Source: an uncultured virus (IMG/VR IMGVR_UViG_3300043446_000670) (lineage: Duplodnaviria; Heunggongvirae; Uroviricota; Caudoviricetes). From it: DNA of 20,000 nucleotides. Below the pieces are notes generated by a model. The model was not told the origin of the DNA. It saw only the letters and a program-made list of their open reading frames with translations, and searched no databases. Positions 8,248 through 16,969 of the stretch are shown here, in pieces; position 1 is the first letter of the stretch; each line of letters begins with the position of its first letter. Made by a program: the position numbers and the translations under genes. The stretch lies in the IMG/VR virus record IMGVR_UViG_3300043446_000670. The stretch is one strand, 5' to 3'.

Positions 8248-11022
8248 TTATTGATCCTGCCACTGCGAAGTCTGCGGGGTGAAAGCTGCTGTGTAGCGGG
8301 CGTATTTTGTAACACGCAAATCGTCGATATACCCAGTCATATTGTTGGACGACGTACCTGCATAATATCTTCCAAAATACACAGTACCAGTGGCGCTAAA
8401 ACTTACATTTGCTGCTATAGAGCCAAGAAGCGTCCCATTTATATACGCATACAACGTCCCGGACTGTTTTACCATTGCAACGTGTATCCATGAGTTCTGC
8501 ACAAGCCCTGTGCTGCCGGTAATCAGATAAGAGTTAAAGCCGCCTATCCTCCAGCCGCTACTAAAAATGTTTATGCCAACATGTAATGCTCCCGAAGCAG
8601 GAAAATCTATTACGTACTGGTCGCCGGACAAAGCCCCAGTGATATAAACCCAGCACTCAATAGTAAAATCGCCTGTGCCAAAATCAAATCTATTATTGTA
8701 GTTTTGAATTACTGAGTAGCTGCTTGTATCAGGCAAACTTATGCTCGAACCACCAAACTTACTCTGCGTCGTACTGATCTGCGCATTGCCAACAGTCTCC
8801 AGCACGTTCTTGCCAGTTGCGTCAGTGACCCCTGCGTTGGTGAAAAGCGCCAGCAATGAAGGGCTAGACGCTCCTTGACTTGTGAGCGTCAACGGAGAAG
8901 AAGGCGGCGTGAAAATACTTGCACCAGTTGTCGTGCTGGTTGTTTGATACGACGTTGGTACAGAGCCTTTTGTAGAGCGAACATTAGTTATATAGCCAAT
9001 CCACGGGTACGTGGTTGTAGTTCCGTAAAAATTACCTATTCTGTTAGCTGTAGATGTAAAATCAAACGCTGGACTTGGCGTATATGTTCCTTGCAAAACA
9101 CCATCAACAAAAAGCCTGAACACCCCGCTTTGACGTGTTACACAAACGTGATTCCAATATGCGCCAGCTTTTGCTGTCGCTACAATTTCTTGCCCAGCCC
9201 ACGAAACATACCAAGCACCCGTAGATGTATTAGCCGCTATAGCTATTCCATCCTTAAATGAACCTCCGCTAGTTCTGGAATCAAACGCAAATTTGTAATC
9301 TGAAAATGTGCCGCCAGTGTAATAAGCGAAAAACTCAATGCACATATCAGTCGTGCCAGCGTTTGTCAGACCTCCAGTTATTGATAAATAATCGCCCGTC
9401 CCATCAAAATACCCGCTGCCACCATTCGTCGACGCGCTGTACGCAGCCGTAGGAGCGAACGGGCTGAAGGCTTGGATGCTGGCGGTAGAGCCAACTGTAG
9501 CCGTCGCAGCCGTTACGCTGTTATCGACAAAGCGATTGCTTTGCAGCGTCAGCAGAACCGTATTGGTAATGGCTGTGAGTGGTGCAGTCGGAACAGTAAA
9601 GCCGGATGTGCTGTATACAGCCGTACCTTTAACTATTCTGATGTTAGACACATAACCGTTGAGCGCAAAAGTTTGCGTTCCTGTGTCTCGTTCTCCGATA
9701 GATAATGGCGTGGTGCCATCAGTAAAGTTAGTTGTAGCTACCGCCGCACGATCAAGAACACCATCAAGGAAAAGGTACGAATTACCACCGGTTCGCATCC
9801 AGCAGACGTGATACCACTTGCCTGTTACTACCGTAGTGTTGCCGGGGTATGTAGAGCCAGCAAAACCAAACCAGATTTTGTCACTGGAGCTTTTTCCAAC
9901 AATCCAACCGGGGCCTGCTGTGCCATCAAATCGTTCCATAATGCTTTGTTCAGAACCCATTCCACCGGTGAAGTAAACCCACATCTCAACGGTAAAGTCG
10001 GCAGTGCTGCCTAAGCTGTACGCCGCATTGGTGGGAAAGGTGACTGGCGGTGAGGTCTGAGCGCCCGTGAAGTTTGCGCTCCACCCCGTCTGCGAGAACG
10101 GCGAGAACGTACCCTGCGTCGTGTTGCCGTTGCGGGTTATGGTGAAGTTGTTGCTGCTGGAGTCAAGGAACGTGTTGTTCTGGGCTCCGTTCGTGCCGTT
10201 GCCGTGCAGCAGCAGTGTCGTGTTCTGGAAGTACGGGTCGTACATGTTCCACCGACGGGTCTGCGCTGCTTGTATAGCGTCAGACACAGTCCAGATACCG
10301 GGAGTCGCTGCGCCAAGTGCCGGGTTGTATGCCACATAGCCTTGGAACGGTGTGAACGTGCTGACTGCTGCGTTGCCGTTGGCTGTAATCGTGAAGTTGT
10401 TGCTGCTCTGGTCTACGATAGCCGGGGAGTTGCAGGTCAGCAGGCTGGTGTTGGTGATGGCGAGTAGCTGCGTGGGTGGCGTGAACGCTGCGGTGTAGAG
10501 GGCAGTGCCGACCACAACTCTTAAATTACTTATGTATCCAGTAAGTAAAGAGCTATAGCTACTTGCCTGTCTCGTTGCAGCAATACCGTACCCGTTTGTG
10601 GAATCACTTAAAGTTTTGCTGTCCGCAACAGAACCCAAAGAAGTACCGTTCCTATAAACTGTAACTGTTCCGCTATTTCTTACCCACGCCATGTGGTACC
10701 ACTGCCCAGTAGACCACGTAAAAGACCCGTCTATGGTTGCTTGACTTCCTTGACCATCAAAAGAACGCCACAGGTTTGTTGTTCCTACACGGAAAACAAA
10801 GTTGCCGTTAAAACCAACAGTATAATAATTGGTGCTACTACCTACAGTAGTCTCACTTGCCGCTGCGGCTGTTAAATATACCCAACACTCAATAGTAAAA
10901 TTTCCAGCACCCAAAGACGTACCAGAAGACATACTTAAATAATCCCCCGTCCCGTCAAACGCGACAGAGTACCCAGCATTAGCGCCAGAAGTAATAATGT
11001 TTCCCGGATATTTCGTGCTCAT
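8248..11022 (-). CDS. Tail fibre/receptor-binding protein with four LamG (concanavalin A-like) domains
   Basis: 924 aa; four units of (F/Y)DG.GDYL...FT(I/V)E.W(V)Y...W.H.A..R...GY(I/V)..(L/I)R..KG.A.Y, typical of Laminin_G_3-type domains in phage fibres. Confidence 0.87.
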   Translation of the reverse strand: MSTKYPGNIITSGANAGYSVAFDGTGDYLSMSSGTSLGAGNFTIECWVYLTAAAASETTVGSSTNYYTVGFNGNFVFRVGTTNLWRSFDGQGSQATIDGSFTWSTGQWYHMAWVRNSGTVTVYRNGTSLGSVADSKTLSDSTNGYGIAATRQASSYSSLLTGYISNLRVVVGTALYTAAFTPPTQLLAITNTSLLTCNSPAIVDQSSNNFTITANGNAAVSTFTPFQGYVAYNPALGAATPGIWTVSDAIQAAQTRRWNMYDPYFQNTTLLLHGNGTNGAQNNTFLDSSSNNFTITRNGNTTQGTFSPFSQTGWSANFTGAQTSPPVTFPTNAAYSLGSTADFTVEMWVYFTGGMGSEQSIMERFDGTAGPGWIVGKSSSDKIWFGFAGSTYPGNTTVVTGKWYHVCWMRTGGNSYLFLDGVLDRAAVATTNFTDGTTPLSIGERDTGTQTFALNGYVSNIRIVKGTAVYSTSGFTVPTAPLTAITNTVLLTLQSNRFVDNSVTAATATVGSTASIQAFSPFAPTAAYSASTNGGSGYFDGTGDYLSITGGLTNAGTTDMCIEFFAYYTGGTFSDYKFAFDSRTSGGSFKDGIAIAANTSTGAWYVSWAGQEIVATAKAGAYWNHVCVTRQSGVFRLFVDGVLQGTYTPSPAFDFTSTANRIGNFYGTTTTYPWIGYITNVRSTKGSVPTSYQTTSTTTGASIFTPPSSPLTLTSQGASSPSLLALFTNAGVTDATGKNVLETVGNAQISTTQSKFGGSSISLPDTSSYSVIQNYNNRFDFGTGDFTIECWVYITGALSGDQYVIDFPASGALHVGINIFSSGWRIGGFNSYLITGSTGLVQNSWIHVAMVKQSGTLYAYINGTLLGSIAANVSFSATGTVYFGRYYAGTSSNNMTGYIDDLRVTKYARYTAAFTPQTSQWQDQ
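10111..10182 (-). repeat. 72-nt dispersed repeat, copy 1 (partner 12880-12951)
   Basis: Both copies encode QNNTFLDSSSNNFTITRNGNTTQG; 57/72 nt identical by hand alignment, all differences synonymous. Confidence 0.9.
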
Positions 11023-11031
11023 GTTTTATCC

Positions 11032-13161
11032 TTATTGCCTTGGCAGTGCCACGCTGGGCGGGATGAAGTTCTGGGTGTAACGGGCGATGCCTTTGGTGAC
11101 TCGCAGGTCGTCTAAATATCCATTTATTGCTTGGCTTCCGTCTGATGTATTAGCACCAACGCCAAAGTTTGTTGTTACTGTCCAATCGTTAGAGTCTGTT
11201 CCCGTTGCCACGCTTGTGCCATTCACATAAATTTTTGTTTGGTTTGTTCCTGTGCTTTCTCTTACAACAGCAACGTGCGACCAAGTTGAAGTTGTAAGTG
11301 CTGTGTTGTATGCAAGCACATCGCCAACTCCATATTTATTTAAAGCAACCTTCGCATTACTTATGATTACAACTATTCCATTTGTGGCATTTGCACCTAT
11401 TACATGATAAGAACCGGCAGCAAGAGAGCTTGGATATATCCAAAATTCTATGGTGTATGCGCCAGTTCCAAAAGCATATAAAGCGTTGCTTGGAAGTTTA
11501 AGATAATCCCCCGTCCCATCAAAATACATGCTCCCACTGCCATACTTCACGACACTGGTGCTGACAGATGCGTTGCCGACTGTCTCCAGATTGTTCTTCA
11601 TCGTGCCGTCGTAGATACCGGCGTTGGTGAAGTTGAGTAGCAGGTTTGTATTCGCAACTGCTGTGGGCGGTGAAGTTGGAATTGTGTAGGTAGTGCCCGT
11701 GTAAAGAGCTGTACCTTTAATTGTTCTGACACCACTGATGTAACTGTTTGGAGCTTGTGATGTCCCACTGTTGTTAGCAAGAACACCAAGACCAGATGAC
11801 CCAAGCGTTCCAGTTGCGGTAGTCGTAGCAACCCTTACACCGTTCAAATACGTGCTAAATGTTGAACCGCTACGAGTAAACGCCATGTGGTTCCATGCGT
11901 TCCTTACGGCAGTTCCCATATTCAAGTTGCTGACAATATCCCATGAACTTCCACCAGTTCCGGCAAAAGCTCCAAGAGTTCCGTTGCTGTTATAGGTATA
12001 CATCGCATAACAACGATTTGTGCCGCCGGTCGATGCCATAGTTAATATTTCGCCATCTGCACTAAAAGCCAGCGGATACCACCACAGCTCAATGGTGAAG
12101 TCAGAACTTCCAAGCGTGAGGTTGGCATTCGACGCAATCGTCAAGTAATCGCCAGTGCCATCGCTGTACCCAGACCCGCCGATGACATCCGAGGTCCACT
12201 GGTACTGTGGGGCGAACGGAGAGAAGGCTTGGACGGATGGTGTTCCTGTAGCAACAGAAACAGCTTTTGGGGTTGTGCTGTTATCCACAAAACGATTGCT
12301 TTGGCAAGTAACTAAAGAAACCGTTCCTGTAATGGAAGATGCCGCACCTGCCCCTGTAGAGCCAACTGTTAGTGCGTTTAATGCTGAAGTAGCGGGAGTA
12401 AACGACCCTGTATATAAAGCTTGTCCTTTAATAACTCGAAGATTTGAAACATATCCTGTCGTGCTGTAAGTTCCATCAGAACGTCTTCCTGTATATGGAG
12501 CATTAGTTGACGAACCTAAAGAGGCCGATGAAGTTACTCCAGTTCCACCAATTCCATTTACATAAACAGTAATTGTTGTTCCGCTTCTAACTGCTGCAAA
12601 ATGGTTCCAAGTATTGATTGCAACTGCTGGAGAATAAGACCAAGAAGTTCCATTGTAATAAGCAAATTGACCAGCAGAAGAATCATATATGAACTGATCA
12701 CCCTGCCCAGAACCCCCGGTTCCATACATAAAAGACGTTGAATTTGCAGTTATGTACGCCCAACCTTCAATAGTAAAATTGCCCGTTCCAAAGTTAAAAT
12801 CGGCATTTGCTGCATAACTTATTGAAGAAGACCCATCAAAATAGTTCCCCCAGCCAGTTGCACTAAAAGGCGTGAACGCACCTTGGGTGGTATTGCCGTT
12901 CCTAGTGATCGTGAAGTTGTTGCTAGACGAGTCTAAGAACGTGTTGTTCTGTGAACCGTTGGCGATGTTGTCAGCTTGAAGCAGCAACGTGCTGTAGTCA
13001 AACAGAGGGTCTGTAGCCCACTGCCCTGTAGTAATAGCCTGTGCCTGCTGCTGTAGCGTAAATACGCCCTGATACTGGACAGTATTCGGGCTGGTCGTGA
13101 TATTCGATGCAAGCGGGTTGTAGCCCGGCTTGTTGATATTGCCCAGATAACGCAGGCCCAT
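11032..13161 (-). CDS. Tail fibre/receptor-binding protein with three LamG domains, paralogue of 8248-11022
   Basis: 709 aa; three LamG units; shares linkers QNNTFLDSSSNNFTITRNGNTTQG, QSNRFVDNS, QAFSPFAP, FTNAG..D.T.KN.LETVGNA, DDLRVTK..ARYT with the neighbour. Confidence 0.87.
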   Translation of the reverse strand: MGLRYLGNINKPGYNPLASNITTSPNTVQYQGVFTLQQQAQAITTGQWATDPLFDYSTLLLQADNIANGSQNNTFLDSSSNNFTITRNGNTTQGAFTPFSATGWGNYFDGSSSISYAANADFNFGTGNFTIEGWAYITANSTSFMYGTGGSGQGDQFIYDSSAGQFAYYNGTSWSYSPAVAINTWNHFAAVRSGTTITVYVNGIGGTGVTSSASLGSSTNAPYTGRRSDGTYSTTGYVSNLRVIKGQALYTGSFTPATSALNALTVGSTGAGAASSITGTVSLVTCQSNRFVDNSTTPKAVSVATGTPSVQAFSPFAPQYQWTSDVIGGSGYSDGTGDYLTIASNANLTLGSSDFTIELWWYPLAFSADGEILTMASTGGTNRCYAMYTYNSNGTLGAFAGTGGSSWDIVSNLNMGTAVRNAWNHMAFTRSGSTFSTYLNGVRVATTTATGTLGSSGLGVLANNSGTSQAPNSYISGVRTIKGTALYTGTTYTIPTSPPTAVANTNLLLNFTNAGIYDGTMKNNLETVGNASVSTSVVKYGSGSMYFDGTGDYLKLPSNALYAFGTGAYTIEFWIYPSSLAAGSYHVIGANATNGIVVIISNAKVALNKYGVGDVLAYNTALTTSTWSHVAVVRESTGTNQTKIYVNGTSVATGTDSNDWTVTTNFGVGANTSDGSQAINGYLDDLRVTKGIARYTQNFIPPSVALPRQ
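12880..12951 (-). repeat. 72-nt dispersed repeat, copy 2 (partner 10111-10182)
   Basis: Same 24-aa peptide as copy 1. Confidence 0.9.
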
Positions 13162-13164
13162 GCT

Positions 13165-13485
13165 TTACTCCAATGCAGAAATGTCAGCAGATGTCATCGC
13201 TGGTATTTGTTCGCTGCTCAGTACAGCCACGGGTTCAGTAGTCGCCTCTTGCACTACCTCCTCAACCACAGGCAGAGCGTGCTCCATCCACTGACCCTCA
13301 GACTGGCTCCACGAATACTTGAACCCTTCCTTCACCGGCATAGGATCGCGCACAACCCAGCCCGGTGGATACCACCAGACAACTTCCTTGCCTTCAGGTG
13401 CAACAGGCGGGTCTTCAACTTCAATCCAGCCTTCACTACCGTCCATTTGCGGATATGGGATGGACCCGTTTTTGCTGTAGAGCAT
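13165..13485 (-). CDS. Acidic protein, possible tail fibre assembly chaperone
   Basis: 106 aa; Trp/Pro-rich (GWIEVEDPP...WWYPPGWVVRDPMP...WSQSEGQW); AGGTG upstream; directly before the fibre genes. Confidence 0.6.
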   Translation of the reverse strand: MLYSKNGSIPYPQMDGSEGWIEVEDPPVAPEGKEVVWWYPPGWVVRDPMPVKEGFKYSWSQSEGQWMEHALPVVEEVVQEATTEPVAVLSSEQIPAMTSADISALE

Positions 13486-13495
13486 ACGTCACCTA

Positions 13496-13903
13496 TCAGG
13501 TAATGGCTTCAAAGGTTGCCGTAAAGGTCAGGGCAGATGCAGTACCGGAATATGCGGCAACAGACTGGTTCTCCGTGATGTACAGAGAGTTCGTCTTGTC
13601 CACAATCACCAGCGTTGCGTTCGGGGGTACAGAAATCTGGTATGCCGGGTAGGACACAACTGTTGCCGAACCGAACGTGGCGTTGTTGCCTAAAGCGATG
13701 GTTGCCGTCGCTGCACTTGAAGTCGTGTTCGCCGCAGTGATTGAAGTCACGCGGTTGACTGTACCCGCTGCAGGAGTCAGACCAGTCAGGGAAGTCGTAC
13801 CGTTGTACGTCCACGAAGTCGTGGCTGTAGCAGCGGATGAGGGGATAACGTAAGCGGTATTACCGTAAATTGCCGTTACGTTAACGATGTTAGGATTTGC
13901 CAT
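13496..13903 (-). CDS. Virion structural protein (fibre-associated)
   Basis: 135 aa; AGGAG RBS; MANPNIVNVTAIYGNT...ISVPPNATLVIVDK...YITE...FEAIT pattern recalled from aquatic phage tail modules. Confidence 0.7.
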   Translation of the reverse strand: MANPNIVNVTAIYGNTAYVIPSSAATATTSWTYNGTTSLTGLTPAAGTVNRVTSITAANTTSSAATATIALGNNATFGSATVVSYPAYQISVPPNATLVIVDKTNSLYITENQSVAAYSGTASALTFTATFEAIT

Positions 13904-13915
13904 CTTGATAACTCC

Positions 13916-14854
13916 TTAGAAGCCAAAAATAAGGGACATAGCTATGGCTTTCCCTGTTGAAATACCACCACTTGATGCGCCCCATACAGGAACACCACCT
14001 GTTACCGTGAGAACCTGACCCGATGAACCAATTGACAGCTTGCTCAAAGTGTTAGTTGCAGAGGCATACAGAAGGTCACCAGTGGTATAGGTACTCTGTG
14101 CAGTACCGCCGTTCGTAGCCGGTAAAGTGCCCGTGACACCTGTTGAAAGAGGTAGACCTGTGGCATTCGTCAGGGTTCCAGAGCTTGGTGTACCCAAAGC
14201 TCCACCATTAACAACAACCGATCCTGCGCTGCCGACGTTGACCCCCAGAGCCGTCGTGACACCTGTGCCTGTCGTGATTGTCGAAGGGGCTACACCTGCA
14301 CCGCCGCCTACAACCAGCGCACTTGCTGACAGCGCACCAGAGCTTGCAAGGGTTCCGGAAGCCGAGTAGTACAGGACACCGCCAGACGTACCAGAGCTAA
14401 TACCTGTGCCGCCAGAAGCCACGGGGAGAGCCGCTCCCAGTGTCATGGAGGATGCGTATGTGGTCACATCAACGACGTTCGTGCCGTCGTTGTAGACCAT
14501 CATGGTCTTGCCTGTTGGTACAGCGATGCCGGTTCCGGTGGAGTTCTTGACCGTGACCGTATCTGCTACGCCGTTATAAATAATGTATGACTTCTCGATG
14601 GCGGGGACAATTAAGTTTCTTGCGCCGCCAGAGGTTCCAGTTAGGTTTAAACGGAAGTTACGCGCCGTCTGGGATGCGTTGGTATCCGTCAGGGTTAAGG
14701 TAACGTCTGCGCTGGCAAAGGTAACGTCAGCAGACCCAACGATTGCCTCTTCAAGCGCAGTACCCAAGTTCGTGTTGGTCGTAATGCCCCACGTACCTGA
14801 CTGCTCACCCGTGGCAATCAGTTCAATTTTTAGATTGCTGTATGTACTAGCCAT
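13916..14854 (-). CDS. Proximal tail fibre protein
   Basis: 312 aa; N-term MASTYSNLKIELIATGEQSGTWG..TNTNLG; Gly/Thr fibre motifs LPVASGGTG and LGTPSSGTLTNATGLP; C-term TGKAIAMSLIFG. Confidence 0.75.
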   Translation of the reverse strand: MASTYSNLKIELIATGEQSGTWGITTNTNLGTALEEAIVGSADVTFASADVTLTLTDTNASQTARNFRLNLTGTSGGARNLIVPAIEKSYIIYNGVADTVTVKNSTGTGIAVPTGKTMMVYNDGTNVVDVTTYASSMTLGAALPVASGGTGISSGTSGGVLYYSASGTLASSGALSASALVVGGGAGVAPSTITTGTGVTTALGVNVGSAGSVVVNGGALGTPSSGTLTNATGLPLSTGVTGTLPATNGGTAQSTYTTGDLLYASATNTLSKLSIGSSGQVLTVTGGVPVWGASSGGISTGKAIAMSLIFGF

Positions 14855-14863
14855 GTTCTTTCC

Positions 14864-15787
14864 TTATGCCGCTTGAATTTCGACCCAATTAGGATCTTGG
14901 TAGTTGCCAATTACAGACCAGTTTGGATTCTGATAATCATCAACTGCCGTCCATCCACCTATTACTACTGAACCAACCTGACCCGTGCCAGATACGCCAG
15001 TTACTACTACCGTGTCATCCGTTTTAATTACAACCGTGCCTATCGCACCTGTTGCAAAAACACCTGTTGGAATCTTGGTTGGTGTGGGTACAACCGATCC
15101 CACAGAAGCTGTTGCGCCAACCCCGGTTACATTCACTAGACCCGGATAATCTAGTATTACGTCCCCTATGGTTCCTGTACCTTGAACGCCCGTGGCATTA
15201 AAGGTAGAACTTATAGAGAACGCTGCCGTTCCAACATCTCCAGTTGCACTTACTCCCGTGACAACTGTTATTACCTGTGGTGTTACCGGTTCTACAGATC
15301 CTGTTCCAGATACCCCGGTAGCATGTATAACCGTTCCAATAACGAAAGTAACAGTTCCTACCGCGCCAATGCCTTCCACACCAATAGGCACGACAATATC
15401 ATCAACCTGTACAGAGAAGTTGCCAATCTGACCAATACCCTGTACGCCTGTTGTGGTGAAAGAAACTAAGGGGGTAACCGTTCCAACCTGACCCGTTCCT
15501 TCAACCCCAACCGGGATAACAATGTCACCTGTTGATGTAGTTACGTTCCCTACATCGCCCGTACCGGAAACGCCGGTAATGGATGGGCTTACAACTAGAG
15601 CGACACTTCCTACACTGCCTGTTCCTGATACTCCTGTCGGGGTGACAATCTTGGCTTCAATAATGCCGCCCCAGCCATTTTCACCCCATGTGCCAATGCC
15701 CCAGCCTGCTGTATTGGTCGTAGGAATGCCGCCCCAAGTAGCGTCCCCCCACGCACCTTCACCCCAAGACTTAACAAGGTTTGGCAC
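14864..15787 (-). CDS. Repetitive Gly/Val/Thr-rich virion protein with Trp-Gly N-terminus
   Basis: 307 aa; GTG start with AGGA upstream; WG repeats, then 11 copies of xTGVxGTGxVGxV, then a duplicated YQxPNW. Confidence 0.75.
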   Translation of the reverse strand: MPNLVKSWGEGAWGDATWGGIPTTNTAGWGIGTWGENGWGGIIEAKIVTPTGVSGTGSVGSVALVVSPSITGVSGTGDVGNVTTSTGDIVIPVGVEGTGQVGTVTPLVSFTTTGVQGIGQIGNFSVQVDDIVVPIGVEGIGAVGTVTFVIGTVIHATGVSGTGSVEPVTPQVITVVTGVSATGDVGTAAFSISSTFNATGVQGTGTIGDVILDYPGLVNVTGVGATASVGSVVPTPTKIPTGVFATGAIGTVVIKTDDTVVVTGVSGTGQVGSVVIGGWTAVDDYQNPNWSVIGNYQDPNWVEIQAA

Positions 15788-15799
15788 ATTCTCTTCCTA

Positions 15800-16261
15800 T
15801 TAGGCGATACGAATAATTGCAGTTGCTGCCGCAGGAGCCGGGAATTGAATCTGAAAGTCACCGGAACTCACTTGCTGGTCTCCACCAAAATTCAACACAG
15901 CACAAGCGGGATCACCAGCAGCACTGTCGTTATAAATAATCGCACCGGAGGTGGTAAACGTCGCACCGCTCCATGTCGTGTTATCAAAGTCACAAACAGC
16001 AGTCGTGCCGTCTGCAACCGGCGTAACTGATGTCAACGTTTTGCCACCCGTGGTGTAACCGTTTCCATTAGACAACTCATCCGAATTGCCCGTCAGATTG
16101 GTGTAGCTAGTCGTAGCTGCGCCGTAAGTTCCTGTAATAGATGCCGTAGCCTTGCCAAGAGCAATCTTGAAGGTGTTTCCAGTAGAGGCTGTGAAATTGT
16201 GTACCGCCTTCAGGATTTCCACCTTGAACGAGGTCGGCATTGCTGTAGTAAATCCGGGCAT
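15800..16261 (-). CDS. Virion structural protein (SFKxE..KxVH family), paralogue 1
   Basis: 153 aa; GGAG RBS; TSFKVEILKAVHNFT...FKIAL...GYTTGG..L...GAIIYN...VLNFGGD. Confidence 0.75.
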   Translation of the reverse strand: MPGFTTAMPTSFKVEILKAVHNFTASTGNTFKIALGKATASITGTYGAATTSYTNLTGNSDELSNGNGYTTGGKTLTSVTPVADGTTAVCDFDNTTWSGATFTTSGAIIYNDSAAGDPACAVLNFGGDQQVSSGDFQIQFPAPAAATAIIRIA

Positions 16262-16262
16262 G

Positions 16263-16550
16263 TTAATTCTCCAAAAGTTTTACCAATTCAGGGTGCCCCG
16301 CTTCACGAAGGCGATTTGCCAGTGTGGTGTTATGCGAGGCAACTGCCTGACGCATATACCGCACCAATACTGCTCGGATCTGGCTCTTGAACGCTTCCGC
16401 TTGGTCTCGGATAACGGGATGAGAGCTTTCCCCAACATAAACAATTTTCTCTAGCGCCATTTCTGCGACTTCCTCTGGAGTAAACCCTCGACCAGAGACT
16501 GAAACAGCCTTGATTTCTCCCAAAAGAACGCCACCAGAGCTAGAGATCAT
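16263..16550 (-). CDS. Conserved hypothetical phage protein
   Basis: 95 aa; fills the gap between the paralogues with 1-2 nt spacers; RGFTPEEVAE.A..KIV.V....HPVIRDQAEAFK motif. Confidence 0.75.
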   Translation of the reverse strand: MISSSGGVLLGEIKAVSVSGRGFTPEEVAEMALEKIVYVGESSHPVIRDQAEAFKSQIRAVLVRYMRQAVASHNTTLANRLREAGHPELVKLLEN

Positions 16551-16552
16551 AA

Positions 16553-16969
16553 TTAATATGTACTTCTTATTAATGCTTCCGTTGCGGTATTCGGAGGCAT
16601 GGTTATCAAAAAGGTCGTCGTGGATGTCTTGTCAGACCCAAAATCAAGCACCGCTATCGACTTGTTGCCCTTGCTTGCGTTGTAAATCAATGCACATCTA
16701 GCCGTTATAGCCCCTGTCCAAGACACATCTGGGAAATCTACGTATGCCGTTGTCCCAGAAGAAGACACAGAAACAGGAGAAAGGACAGATCCCCCTGCCA
16801 CGTAATTGCCCCCACTTGCCTCGTTTGATGCCGTATAAACAGTCGTATCTGCGTTTAAATTTGCATCCGCTGTGTATAAGGCTATCTTTATGGTGTCAGT
16901 TGTCAAGTCATGAACGCCCTTGTACAACTCTTCCTTAAAGCTTGTGGTCTGTGTCTGGACGATGCTCAT
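16553..16969 (-). CDS. Virion structural protein (SFKxE..KxVH family), paralogue 2
   Basis: 138 aa; TSFKEELYKGVHDLT..TIKIALY...NYVAGG..L...ALIYN...VLDFGSD; TAATG coupling with the upstream gene. Confidence 0.75.
   Translation of the reverse strand: MSIVQTQTTSFKEELYKGVHDLTTDTIKIALYTADANLNADTTVYTASNEASGGNYVAGGSVLSPVSVSSSGTTAYVDFPDVSWTGAITARCALIYNASKGNKSIAVLDFGSDKTSTTTFLITMPPNTATEALIRSTY

Noticed and set aside
8248..13161. Diversity-generating retroelement acting on the fibre genes
   Set aside because: No reverse transcriptase in the window; the repeat pair differs at synonymous sites of mixed base types rather than only at adenines, and both copies are coding. A DGR elsewhere in the genome cannot be excluded.
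8248..13161. Invertase/shufflon-type fibre switching
   Set aside because: All cassettes are in the same orientation; no recombinase gene or inverted crossover sites were seen.
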